Numbered from the stretch's first letter, positions 1-8,982 are shown. The stretch is DNA of 19,375 nt from a bacterium (GCA_041946805.1 JBHGBC010000112.1:1-19375), one strand, 5' to 3'. The notes: a model not told the origin generated them from the sequence alone. Made by a program: numbers and translations.

Positions 1-13
1 TTTTGCATTTCAT
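1..13 (-). CDS. Possible 5' end of a gene running off the left edge (MKCK...)
   Basis: On the minus strand AGGAG (24-28) precedes TTG (16) / ATG (13), reading ATG AAA TGC AAA. Only 4 codons are visible. Confidence 0.3.
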
Positions 14-53
14 CAAGGTTTTTCTCCTAAAAGGAGCCTTTTCTTATCATACA

Positions 54-70
54 AGGGTTGGGGTGAGGGA
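54..70 (+). repeat. Partial copy of a BoxC-like intergenic repeat (purine-rich tail)
   Basis: AGGGTTGGGGTGAGGGA resembles the tail AGGGTCAAGGTGAGGGA of the fuller copy at 19256-19289. Confidence 0.4.
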
Positions 71-240
71 AAGCCTTATGAAACGGTTTCCACTTTTCGA
101 ATTGCGAACCATCTTTCGCGTATCAGCAATGAATCCCCCGCGGGGGAAGGCTCTATACCAGCTCAGGATTTCAATCCTAGGTAAGGGGTTTTGAGTGTAC
201 ACACTTCTCGAAGCAGCGAGGATAATGTAATCCCCCTCCC

Positions 241-693
241 TCACAGCCGCAACCGCAGAATCAGGGCGTCCTCAACCGGTTTGCGGTAATACCGGACGCG
301 GCGGCCGGTTTCCTCAAAGCCCAGTTTACGGTAAAACTCGCGCGCGGCGGTGTTCGATTCACGCACTTCGAGCGTGATGCCGTGCGCGTTGACTTCCCGG
401 CCCCGGCGCATGGCTTCCCGAACCATCATACGCCCGATGCCATGTTTTTTGTGCGAGGGGCGGACCGCGATGTTGGCGATGTGGATTTCGTCCTCGACTA
501 GAATCCAAAGAAAACAATACCCTACGACTTCGCCGAGGTCCGCATCCACGGCCACGAAGGCGTGGTGGAATCCGCGGGGTTCGAGTTCGGAGAGAAACAT
601 CCCGCGGGACCAGGGATCGGCAAACGACACGCGCTCGATCGCCAGCACCGTGTCGATGTCTTTCAGAGCAAGAGGCCGGATGTGGATGTTCAT
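241..693 (-). CDS. rimI: Ribosomal protein S18 alanine N-acetyltransferase (GNAT), 150 aa
   Basis: Motifs IERVSFADPWS, EIHIANIAV, acetyl-CoA loop HKKHGIG, LEVRESN, FYRKLGF, YYRKPVEDA. Start moved to ATG 693, which overlaps the tsaB stop (ATGA). Usual position after tsaB. Confidence 0.95.
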   Translation of the reverse strand: MNIHIRPLALKDIDTVLAIERVSFADPWSRGMFLSELEPRGFHHAFVAVDADLGEVVGYCFLWILVEDEIHIANIAVRPSHKKHGIGRMMVREAMRRGREVNAHGITLEVRESNTAAREFYRKLGFEETGRRVRYYRKPVEDALILRLRL

Positions 694-1403
694 GATGGGG
701 GCGCGGCGGGCGCCTGGCCCGTTCTCCAGTTGATCTCCGCCTGCGATGGCCCCAAGTAGTGCGGCTGCAATTGCGCGGGGGGCACTCCCCGGCCGGCTTC
801 CAGTTCCCGCACGGCCAGCTCGGCGAGCCAATCGGCCCGGGGAAGATCGGCGGCCGTGGGCAGTTCGATGAATTGATGACCCAGCATCTCGCGGAATGTG
901 TCCCTATACGGCTCCAGACCGGGGCCGTACAGCACGGCCGGTTCGTGTATATGCCGGATCAATTCGTCCGGTTCCACGCACAGTTCTCCGGTCATGGGCT
1001 TCGGAGCGTCTTTATACCACTGAAACAGGCGGGCATACAGCCACCCCTTGCGGGCGGACAAGAGCGGACAGACGGGAAACCGCGCGTGCGGCAAGGCCCA
1101 GGCCAGCACTGTCAGAGAGGATATACCCACGCAAGGCAGTTGCCGGGGGAACGCCAGGCCTTGGGCGGTGGCGATCCCTACCCGCAGCCCGGTGTACGAA
1201 CCCGGGCCGGTGACGCACGCCACGGCGGTCAGATCGTCCACCGTGCGCCCGGTGAGGCGCAGCAACGCGTCGGCCGCGGGCATGAGGCCCTGGCTGTGGG
1301 TCAAGGCCACGCTCAGGGTCAGCAGACCGAGGGTCCCCGCCTCGCCGCGAAGCGCGAGGGAGCCGGTGCGCGTGGAGGTATCCAAGGCCAGCATCAGGGT
1401 CAT
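690..1403 (-). CDS. tsaB: tRNA t6A37 threonylcarbamoyltransferase complex dimerization subunit TsaB, 237 aa
   Basis: [39 protein letters not shown]-x-Y...S-x-AE C-terminus. ATG 1403 overlaps the upstream stop (ATGA). Confidence 0.95.
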   Translation of the reverse strand: MTLMLALDTSTRTGSLALRGEAGTLGLLTLSVALTHSQGLMPAADALLRLTGRTVDDLTAVACVTGPGSYTGLRVGIATAQGLAFPRQLPCVGISSLTVLAWALPHARFPVCPLLSARKGWLYARLFQWYKDAPKPMTGELCVEPDELIRHIHEPAVLYGPGLEPYRDTFREMLGHQFIELPTAADLPRADWLAELAVRELEAGRGVPPAQLQPHYLGPSQAEINWRTGQAPAAPPS

Positions 1404-2437
1404 ATGCGTTCGCGCAGGGCCTTGTGCAGGAAACGTTGATCGCGCCGGGCGGTCCAAAGGATCCACTCGCGCGCGCCGTCTTCCATAATGTCAGCAAACA
1501 GATGAATGGTGGACTTGGGCAGCAACAGTCCCAGCCGTTCGGCCCATTCCACGGCCACAATGCCCGGCTGCTCCAGCATTTCGCTCCAAAAGGACGCGTC
1601 CCCCGCCGGGATTGCTTCCAGGCGGTAGGCGTCGACGTGATACAGGACATTGTCGCCTCGATATTCGCGGCAATACACAAAGGTGGGGCTGGCGGCGGCA
1701 GCTGGGGCGTGCACGGCTTCCGCGAGCCCGCGGACCAAAACGGTCTTGCCCACGCCCAAACCGGCGTGCAGCGCCAGGACGCCCCCTTCGCCGAGGCCGG
1801 CCTGGATCAACCGCGCGGCCAGGGCCTGGGTTTCCAATTCATCCCGCGAACGGAACAAGGAACCGCAAGGCTCATAGACCTCCTCTTCGGTGATCACCGC
1901 CTCCATGGGATGGTCCCGCTCATGGGTCTGGATGGCGTGCACCACCTGAAAATCGAACGCCACCGCCATCACCCGCGCGCCGGGCCTTTTCCCCGGCAAC
2001 AGGCGGTCATAGAATCCCGCCCCGAAGCCCACCCGGGATCCGAACCGGTCGAAAGCCAGGCCAGGAACCACGAACAAGTCCACCGTCTCCATGGGAACCG
2101 GTTCGCAAAGGGCCGGATCGGGCTCCAGAATGCCGAATGATCCTGGCAGGACCAAGTCGCGTTCAAGATCGCAGACGCGCAACAAGCGAATCTCGGAGCC
2201 GTTGACCTTAGGAACCGCGATCACTTGGCCTTGCCGCAGGGCAGCCTGCATCAGTTCGCGGGTTCCCACCTCTTCGGCGAGCGAGGAATACAAGGCCACG
2301 CAACGGGCTTTTTGATATTCAGGGAGTGATACCAGGGTTTGCGTGATCCGGCGGCTTTTCTGCTGGGCGGCGCGAAGATCCTGCGCCTTGCGCCGGGCGC
2401 GCATGAAGGAACGGAGGCCGCGCTTGTCACGCGCCAT
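1400..2437 (-). CDS. tsaE: Fusion: N-terminal 5-formyltetrahydrofolate cyclo-ligase (YgfA/MTHFS family) + C-terminal t6A ATPase TsaE
   Basis: N-half: KRGLR...[43 protein letters not shown]-like [14 protein letters not shown]-half: ETQALA, Walker [28 protein letters not shown]. No stop between halves. Start is uncertain (ATG 2437, ATG 2503 or GTG 2560). Confidence 0.9.
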   Translation of the reverse strand: MARDKRGLRSFMRARRKAQDLRAAQQKSRRITQTLVSLPEYQKARCVALYSSLAEEVGTRELMQAALRQGQVIAVPKVNGSEIRLLRVCDLERDLVLPGSFGILEPDPALCEPVPMETVDLFVVPGLAFDRFGSRVGFGAGFYDRLLPGKRPGARVMAVAFDFQVVHAIQTHERDHPMEAVITEEEVYEPCGSLFRSRDELETQALAARLIQAGLGEGGVLALHAGLGVGKTVLVRGLAEAVHAPAAAASPTFVYCREYRGDNVLYHVDAYRLEAIPAGDASFWSEMLEQPGIVAVEWAERLGLLLPKSTIHLFADIMEDGAREWILWTARRDQRFLHKALRERI

Positions 2438-2604
2438 CGCGTCTTGAAACGCCCGTTGTTTGAGGGTATTGAGATCCAGACCCGTCAGGTTTTCCCACGG
2501 CATCGGCCAGCTGCCGGCGCTTGGGGACACCCAACCGAACTCCTGGTTAGATCGATTCACTCGAATCCGGTCCCTCCCCCGGTCCGCTGAATTCTGCGGG
2601 CCAA

Positions 2605-3306
2605 TCAGGAATTGATCGCTCCCACGGCTTCCGCTTCCAGCCACCGGACACGGTCCAAGGCCAGGGAATACCATTCCGAATCGGTGGGGATGGATTTATA
2701 ACATTCCAAGGCCTTGGCGGGATCGTTTTTGTCCTCGTATATTCCACCCTTCAGGTAGGTGAGCTGATATTTCATGGAGAGCGATTTGGCCTCTTTTTCG
2801 AGGGATTCCAGTTCCCGCTGGGCCTCATCGGTCTTGCCCAGGCTGCGGTAGGTCTGGATCAGGGCGATCCGGACGGGCAGGGCCTCTTCCTTGGGCAGCC
2901 GGGGAAGCGCCGCGAGATAATCGTTCAGGGCGTTGGTGTAGTCTCCGGCGCGGGCGCGCTGATCGGCCCGGAGGACATACCCCAGGGTGGCCACTTCGGC
3001 GCTGGGATAATCCTTCAATAATGTATCAAGTTCCTTCAAGGCCTCGCTGGTCTTGTTCTGTCCGATCCAGGCGGTGGCGTTGCCGTACAGGAGCTGGGCG
3101 CTTTCGTATTCGTTGGCTGTGCGGATACGCCAGAAATACACGGCGGCCACGACAACGATCACCAGGGCGGCGGCCAACCCGATCTGGCGGCCGTAGGTAT
3201 TCCATATATATAGGATTCGTTCCCGGGATTCTTCCACGAAAAGGGACAATTCGTCTTCCTTGAGCCGGCGTTGCAGATCTTTGTGGTCCAATTTGGAGGG
3301 GGTCAT
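2605..3306 (-). CDS. Membrane-anchored tetratricopeptide-repeat protein (YfgM/TPR_21-like), 233 aa
   Basis: AAAGGT SD before ATG 3306; charged N-terminus, one TM helix ([18 protein letters not shown]), then TPR-like helices ([41 protein letters not shown]). Confidence 0.8.
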   Translation of the reverse strand: MTPSKLDHKDLQRRLKEDELSLFVEESRERILYIWNTYGRQIGLAAALVIVVVAAVYFWRIRTANEYESAQLLYGNATAWIGQNKTSEALKELDTLLKDYPSAEVATLGYVLRADQRARAGDYTNALNDYLAALPRLPKEEALPVRIALIQTYRSLGKTDEAQRELESLEKEAKSLSMKYQLTYLKGGIYEDKNDPAKALECYKSIPTDSEWYSLALDRVRWLEAEAVGAINS

Positions 3307-3469
3307 GTATGTACCTTTCGTCCAGCTTTTGCCCTTTCTACCGTTCCCTGTTACCACGGCGCGCAAGGGAAAATGAATGATAAGCCAGGCATGTTTCGGA
3401 AAAAAACTCCGGAAAAGGGAACCAAAACGCGATCTGGATCGTTTATTAAAGAAGGAAACCCGTGTCCAG

Positions 3470-3700
3470 TCAATTCGCGCAGCCGGGACATGCGCCCTGT
3501 CCGCAGACCGGGCTATCCGGAAATCCACACGCACCTTCACCGCAGGGAAGGGTACCGGCCTGGGCGACGCCAAACGTGGATAATTGCTTTTCGACTTGGG
3601 GACTTCCACATTGAGGACAAGCGATTTTTATATCTTTAGAAAAAACGAGCTCCTCAAATAAATATCCACACTGAACACAGGCATATTCAAACAGGGGCAT
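3470..3700 (-). CDS. FmdB-family zinc-ribbon (CxxC-CxxC) putative regulatory protein, 76 aa, with Cys-rich tail
   Basis: MPLFEYACVQCGYLFEEL...CPQCGS...KQLSTF matches the FmdB pattern; GAGGT SD upstream of the ATG. Confidence 0.9.
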   Translation of the reverse strand: MPLFEYACVQCGYLFEELVFSKDIKIACPQCGSPQVEKQLSTFGVAQAGTLPCGEGACGFPDSPVCGQGACPGCAN

Positions 3701-3738
3701 GGGAATAACCTCGGTTGAGAGTTCAAATGACTATACAT

Positions 3739-3766
3739 AGTTTACCCAACGTGCCGAGAGAGTCAA
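3739..3766 (-). promoter_or_regulatory. Putative sigma70 promoter for the leftward block
   Basis: TTGACT (3766-3761), 16 nt spacer, TAAACT (3744-3739), about 40 nt upstream of the zinc-ribbon gene start. Confidence 0.55.
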
Positions 3767-3965
3767 CTTTCGGCGCCTTCCGCCGAACAAACCCTCTCCG
3801 GCTAGCGACTAACCAATCAACGCTCCAGGAGAACGGTAACGTGTGTCTATCTCTCCTTGAGAAGGATGCTTAATGACATAATCTTTGAAATGTTAGCCGA
3901 AACACCGGCTCACACGAAAATCTCAACGAGACCAGACATCCGCCGTCGGGGAGGAGGTAGATTCG

Positions 3966-4058
3966 ATGCTCTTGGGTTCATCCGGAAGGAATGCCAACCG
4001 CTGGTTTTCCCTTCACCGGAATCCCATCCCCTCTCTCCCTGAATTCATGGTGAAATGA
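3966..4058 (+). CDS. Candidate 30-aa small ORF (MLLGSSGRNANRWFSLHRNPIPSLPEFMVK)
   Basis: Strong SD GGAGGAGGT ending 7 nt before ATG 3966. No recognisable homology. Confidence 0.2.
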   Translation: MLLGSSGRNANRWFSLHRNPIPSLPEFMVK

Positions 4059-4233
4059 CGTTCCTGGCGCCAAACCTCTCTTCTTTCTATTCCCTGGGGG
4101 CCGATTTGGGCCGCGGGATTTCACACGGGGGGGAATGGACAGGTTGAAAACCTGGGTTTCGGAAGCCAATGGCGTTATGATGAATGGCAAATATCTAGAA
4201 TTATTATAGAAAACCACATAACCGATAGACATC

Positions 4234-5916
4234 ATGAACGATATTGATCTTATAAATATTATCCGGCGTTCCGGCTTGATCAACGAGGAACAAATCCAGC
4301 GCGCCCGCCAGGAACAACAGGTAAGCGGTGACGCCATCGAGGATATCCTGCTACGGCATCATCTGGTGGAGGAGGACCGGCTGTTGGACGCTCTGAGCCA
4401 GGCCATCGGGGTGCCGTGGATGGAGATCCCCCCCAAAATCCAGCCCAGCGTCATCAACCTGGTCCCGGCGGAATTCGCCCTGCGCCACTGCATTTTGCCC
4501 TTGCAGCAACAAAACGGCTCGCTGACGGTGGCGGCGGTGGACCCCACCGACCTGCAAGTGTTCGATGACCTGCGCATGCTGACGGGCTGCGAAATCGAAG
4601 TGGTCATGGCCCGGCGCAAGGAACTGCTCGAAAACATCGAACGCTATTTCGGCGCGAGCATCGAAAAACTGATCGCCAACCTGAGCACCAGCGACGACGA
4701 CGAAATCAAGATCACGGACAACATCGAGGATCTGCAGGAACTGGCGCGCGAACCCACCGTGGTCAACCTGGTGAACCTGATCATCTTCCAGGCGGTGCAG
4801 GAAAACGCCAGCGATATCCACATCGAGCCGTTCACCAACGAATTGAAAGTCCGGTACCGCATCGATGGCATGCTGCGGGAAATGCCGCCGCCCCCCAAGC
4901 ACCTGCAGCCGGCGATCGTCTCGCGCGTCAAGATCATGGCCGAAATGGACATCGCCGAACGCTACACCCCCCAGGACGGCCACATCCGCCTGCGCATGGC
5001 GGACCGGGAACTCGACTTCCGCGTCTCCACCATCCCCACCGTCCACGGGGAGAGCGTGGTCATGCGCATCCTCGATAAAACCAACGTGTTGCTGGAAATC
5101 GAGGATCTGGGATTCTACAAAGACACGGAAGAACAGTTCGTGCGGATGCTCCACCGCAGCTACGGCATCATCCTGGTGACCGGGCCCACCGGCTCGGGAA
5201 AAACCACCACCCTCTACGCGGCCCTGAACCGCATTCAGAATCCCACCGTGAAAATCATCACGATCGAAGACCCGGTCGAATATAACATCGAGGGAATCAA
5301 CCAGATGCAGGTGAATCCCAAGCGCGGGCTGACGTTCGCCAACGGCCTGCGCTCGATCGTGCGGCAAGATCCAGACATCATCATGGTGGGGGAAATCCGG
5401 GACTACGAAACCGCCGAAATCGCCATCCGCTCCGCACTGACCGGCCACCTGGTCTTCAGCACCTTGCACACCAACAACGCATCGGGAGCGGTCACCCGCC
5501 TGATGGACATGGGGGTGGACCCCTACCTCATTTCGTCCTCGGTGGCCTGCGTGCTGGCTCAGCGGCTGGTGCGCAAGAACTGCCCGAAATGCAAGGAGCC
5601 GTATACCCCCGATCCCGAAATGATGCGCCTGTCCGGGTATTCGATTCCGCCCGGCGTGACGGTGTACAAAGGCGCCGGTTGTGAGTATTGCCACCAACAG
5701 GGATACAAGGGGCGAGAAGGCATTTTCGAGTTGCTGGTGATCAACGACGCGGTCCGGGATCTGATCCTGAACCGCCCCTCCGCCAACCAAATCCAACAGA
5801 CCGCGAACATCACGAACCTGCGCGATTACGGTTGGAAAAAAGTGCTGGACGGCGTCACCACCGTGGAGGAAGTCGTCCGGGTGTCCCAGGAAGATGAGAT
5901 GGGCGGCGGCGCGTGA
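4234..5916 (+). CDS. gspE: Type II secretion/type IV pilus assembly ATPase (GspE/PilB family), 560 aa
   Basis: N-terminal MshEN-like/T2SSE_N domain, ASDIHIEP, Walker A GPTGSGKTT, TIEDPVE, Walker B RQDPDIIMVGEIRD, His box TGHLVFSTLHTN, CPKC/CEYC zinc motif. Confidence 0.95.
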   Translation: MNDIDLINIIRRSGLINEEQIQRARQEQQVSGDAIEDILLRHHLVEEDRLLDALSQAIGVPWMEIPPKIQPSVINLVPAEFALRHCILPLQQQNGSLTVAAVDPTDLQVFDDLRMLTGCEIEVVMARRKELLENIERYFGASIEKLIANLSTSDDDEIKITDNIEDLQELAREPTVVNLVNLIIFQAVQENASDIHIEPFTNELKVRYRIDGMLREMPPPPKHLQPAIVSRVKIMAEMDIAERYTPQDGHIRLRMADRELDFRVSTIPTVHGESVVMRILDKTNVLLEIEDLGFYKDTEEQFVRMLHRSYGIILVTGPTGSGKTTTLYAALNRIQNPTVKIITIEDPVEYNIEGINQMQVNPKRGLTFANGLRSIVRQDPDIIMVGEIRDYETAEIAIRSALTGHLVFSTLHTNNASGAVTRLMDMGVDPYLISSSVACVLAQRLVRKNCPKCKEPYTPDPEMMRLSGYSIPPGVTVYKGAGCEYCHQQGYKGREGIFELLVINDAVRDLILNRPSANQIQQTANITNLRDYGWKKVLDGVTTVEEVVRVSQEDEMGGGA

Positions 5917-6006
5917 GTCACGATCCGCCGGCATCGCAAGGATCATCCGCCGCCATACCACACCGTACGGGACCAACTCCAATAGAATCAAAGGAATACT
6001 TGGGGT

Positions 6007-7230
6007 ATGCCGCTATTCACGTATCGCGCCTTGACGGCGGATGGACAAGTCATCGAAGGCACCTTGACGGCCGGCTCCCGGCCGGACGCGGTGTCGCTGA
6101 TCAAGGAACGGGGCATGCGTCCCGTGCAGGTGGAGGAAGGGCAGGCCAAGGCGGAATCCCGGGCCCAGGCCGCCGCGGCCACGGGCCGCCGGTCGCGGGT
6201 CACTCACCGGGACATCCAGGTCTTCACGGGGCAAATGGCCGCCCTGCTCAAGGCGGGCATCGTCTTGTCGCAGGCCCTGGCGATACTGGAGGAACAGACC
6301 GAAAGCGAAACCCTGGGGCGGATCATCCGGGAGGTGCGGGAGCAAATCCACGGCGGCGCGAGCCTCTCCGACGCCCTCTCGGCTTACCCGAAGCAGTTCA
6401 GCAAGTTGTATTGCAGCATGATCCGCGTGGGCGAATCGGGAGGCGTGCTGGACGTGGTCCTGAAGCAGCTGGCGGGATTCATGGAAGCCGAGAATACCTT
6501 GAAATCGAACATCATGACGGCGCTCGCCTACCCCTGCCTGGTGGTGGTGGTCGGCATCGGATCGGTCACCCTCCTGATGACGGTGGTGATTCCCAAATTG
6601 AGCATGGTATTCGCCGATTTTGGAGACAAGCTGCCCTGGCTGACCCGCACGTTGATCGACGTCAGCGACTTGTTCGTTCGTTATCTCTGGTTGTTGGGGC
6701 TGTTACTGGCCGGCCTGGTTTACGGCTTCCGGAAAATCAAGGCGCACCCGGCGGGGAAAGAAAAACTCGACTGGCTGGTCGAAAAAACCCCGCTCATGGG
6801 TTCGATTTTCATCAAGGCCCAAATCTCGCGCTTTTCCCGGACCATGGGCCTTTTGGTCAAGAGCGGCATTCCGGTGCTGCAGGCATTGAACCTGATGGTG
6901 GACACCACCTCGAGCGCCCTGCTTTCCCACGCTTTGCGGGTGGTCTGTGAAAAAGTGAAAAAAGGGGAAGGATTGGCGAAACCCTTGCGGGAAACGGGAT
7001 TTTTCCCCCCCATGGTGACTAACCTGATCGCCGTGGGAGAAGAATCGGGCAGTTTGGACGAAATGTTGTTCCAGGTGGCCGAGACCTACGACCAGGAAGT
7101 GGCGCACGCGATCAAGCGGTTCATCACCATGTTCGAGCCGCTGGTGATCGTCCTGATGGCCATCGGCGTGGGAGGCATCCTGTTCGCGTTCCTGCTGCCG
7201 ATTCTCAACATCAGCAGCATGGTCAGCTGA
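6007..7230 (+). CDS. gspF: Inner-membrane platform protein (GspF/PilC family), 407 aa
   Basis: MPLFTYRA start, two T2SSF repeats (GASLSDAL...VGESGGVL; GEGLAKPL...VGEESGSLDEML), AYP and FEP motifs, three TM helices. Confidence 0.95.
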   Translation: MPLFTYRALTADGQVIEGTLTAGSRPDAVSLIKERGMRPVQVEEGQAKAESRAQAAAATGRRSRVTHRDIQVFTGQMAALLKAGIVLSQALAILEEQTESETLGRIIREVREQIHGGASLSDALSAYPKQFSKLYCSMIRVGESGGVLDVVLKQLAGFMEAENTLKSNIMTALAYPCLVVVVGIGSVTLLMTVVIPKLSMVFADFGDKLPWLTRTLIDVSDLFVRYLWLLGLLLAGLVYGFRKIKAHPAGKEKLDWLVEKTPLMGSIFIKAQISRFSRTMGLLVKSGIPVLQALNLMVDTTSSALLSHALRVVCEKVKKGEGLAKPLRETGFFPPMVTNLIAVGEESGSLDEMLFQVAETYDQEVAHAIKRFITMFEPLVIVLMAIGVGGILFAFLLPILNISSMVS

Positions 7231-7257
7231 CGCGGAACGGGGACGAACGCTTTCATC

Positions 7258-7821
7258 ATGAACGAGCCGAGAATAAATCCCAGTCCGCCGGCGTCCCATG
7301 AAGAGACGCCGTCCGGCTTCACCTTGGTCGAATTGATGCTGGTGATCACCATCATGGGCATCATGGTGGGGATGTTGGTGCCCAATTTCTCCCCGCTCAT
7401 GCAAGGCATGACCCTCAAGCACGCCTCGCAGGCGGTGGCGCAGATTCTCCGGTATGCCCGCAGCGTGGCGGTGGAGCGCAGCACGGCCGCCAAGGTCCTG
7501 TTCGACTCGGAAACCGGCGCCATCCTCTTGGTCACCGAAGCGGATCCGATCAATTTCCCCGGTGTGTATCAGGAAGAAGCGTTGCCGGTGGCCTATCCCC
7601 GGGAATACCGGACCAAGGTCAAAGTCCCCTTGATCGACAAACGGACCCTCTTCGGGTCCCTGGAAGAGAACGAACTGACCTTCATGCCCAATGGGTCGAC
7701 GTCCGACACGTTCATCTACCTGATGGACGAGAATGAACGGATGTACACGGTCGGGATCATCGGCCTGACCGGACAGGTCTTGGTGTGGGATCATGTGGTG
7801 CAATCGTTTTACGAACCGTAA
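7258..7821 (+). CDS. gspH: Minor pseudopilin, GspH/FimT-like, 187 aa
   Basis: Class III signal G|FTLVELMLVITIMGI; LRYARSVAV and LTFMPNGS motifs are typical of GspH/FimT rather than GspG. Confidence 0.8.
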   Translation: MNEPRINPSPPASHEETPSGFTLVELMLVITIMGIMVGMLVPNFSPLMQGMTLKHASQAVAQILRYARSVAVERSTAAKVLFDSETGAILLVTEADPINFPGVYQEEALPVAYPREYRTKVKVPLIDKRTLFGSLEENELTFMPNGSTSDTFIYLMDENERMYTVGIIGLTGQVLVWDHVVQSFYEP

Positions 7822-8224
7822 GACCGATGCGAACCGGTCGTTCTCGCTGGTGGAGTCGCTGCTGGCCATGACGATTCTGGGCCTCAGCGTCACCAGCCTG
7901 ATGACCACCTTTTCCTCGGCGCTGCTGGTGGGCAAGTTGTCCGAGGAATATTCCCTCGCCGCATCGCTGATGGGCGAACTGCACACCCAACTGCGGGCCA
8001 ACCTGCTGTCCCCCCTGGAGGACAACCGGGGAACCTTCACGCAATACCCGCGGTTCGCGTGGCAGGTGAATTATTACTATACGGACACACCCAATCTCTA
8101 CCAGGTGGAACTGGTGATCCAATGGAACCGGGGCAACCGCCGGCAGGAGTTGAAGCAAGTGACGTACCATTACTTCGAGATCCCCACCCCAACCAGCACC
8201 GGTTCGGAGACGGAAAGTACATGA
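7793..8224 (+). CDS. gspI: Minor pseudopilin, GspI-like, 143 aa
   Basis: S|FSLVESLLAMTILG leader; short beta domain (GTF...RFAWQV...LYQVELVIQW); position after gspH. Confidence 0.75.
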   Translation: MWCNRFTNRKTDANRSFSLVESLLAMTILGLSVTSLMTTFSSALLVGKLSEEYSLAASLMGELHTQLRANLLSPLEDNRGTFTQYPRFAWQVNYYYTDTPNLYQVELVIQWNRGNRRQELKQVTYHYFEIPTPTSTGSETEST

Positions 8225-8982
8225 TAAGGGGACGAGCCGCGTTCACCCTGGTCGAATTGCTCATGGCCACCACCCTGACGGGGCTGGTGCTGGGCGGGGC
8301 GTTCATGTCGCTCTCGGTGGTGCTGCGCGGCTACAAGGAATTTTCGGGGAAATCCAACGTGTCGGAAACCGCCCGCCTCATCCTGGAGCGGATGCAATCC
8401 GACCTCGAAGCGGCCTTTCTGTCGCCGCACCAGGACACCACCCGCTTCGTGGGCATGGACATCCAAAGCGGGGATTTTGAAACGGATATCCTGACCTTCA
8501 TCAGCCGGATCCACAATCCGGCCGAGACCGGCGGCGGTTCCAGCGATTTGGCCGAAATTCAATATTACATCGATCAGGACGACACCACGCCGGAACGCTG
8601 GCTGCTGCGCCGTTACGATTTCTCGCCCGACATGGATCCCTTCTCCGGCGGTGAAATCGCGCTCCTTGGTCCCCAGGCGGTGTATCTGGATCTCCAATAC
8701 TTCGACGGGGCGGCCTGGTGGCCGGACTGGGATTCCACGGAATCGATTCCACTGGCGGTGTACATCACCCTCGGATTCTTCCTCCCCCGGCAGGTGGATG
8801 ACGAACCCACGCTGGAGAATATCCAGACCTTTTCGACCACCGTGTGGATCCCCTCGGCCCGGCAGCCGGCCGGAGTATCCGAGGGAGGGATGTCCGGCGG
8901 ATCGCGAAGCGCCCCGGGCGGCGGTTCGGGAGGCCGGACGGGCAGTGGAACCGGCAATCCGGGAGGGACGCCCAATGGATAA
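8221..8982 (+). CDS. gspJ: Minor pseudopilin, GspJ-like, 253 aa, with Gly-rich C-terminal tail
   Basis: ATG 8221 overlaps the gspI stop (ATGA); A|FTLVELLMA; ERMQSDL, IQYYI, LLRR, LQYFDG..W.PDWDS...PLAVYITL are GspJ-type motifs. Confidence 0.8.
   Translation: MIRGRAAFTLVELLMATTLTGLVLGGAFMSLSVVLRGYKEFSGKSNVSETARLILERMQSDLEAAFLSPHQDTTRFVGMDIQSGDFETDILTFISRIHNPAETGGGSSDLAEIQYYIDQDDTTPERWLLRRYDFSPDMDPFSGGEIALLGPQAVYLDLQYFDGAAWWPDWDSTESIPLAVYITLGFFLPRQVDDEPTLENIQTFSTTVWIPSARQPAGVSEGGMSGGSRSAPGGGSGGRTGSGTGNPGGTPNG

Noticed and set aside
3857..4042. 61-aa ORF in the divergent intergenic region
   Set aside because: TTG start without SD and no recognisable features.
4140..4200. Two small hairpins and a GGCAAA upstream of gspE suggesting a c-di-GMP riboswitch; TGGC motifs suggesting a sigma54 promoter
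   Set aside because: Element order and the GNRA/receptor architecture do not match c-di-GMP-I, and neither TGGC has the GC at the -12 position.
6007..6030. GspF start MPLFTY resembles the zinc-ribbon start MPLFEY
   Set aside because: Each is the normal N-terminus of its own family; coincidence.
8651..8974. Upstream extensions in the ORF track for gspK, and likewise gspJ (8059), gspD (13477), rimI (831), tsaB (1466) and the TPR gene (3609)
   Set aside because: They overlap neighbouring genes or lack family similarity; downstream ATGs have SD sites, ATGA coupling or proper signal peptides.
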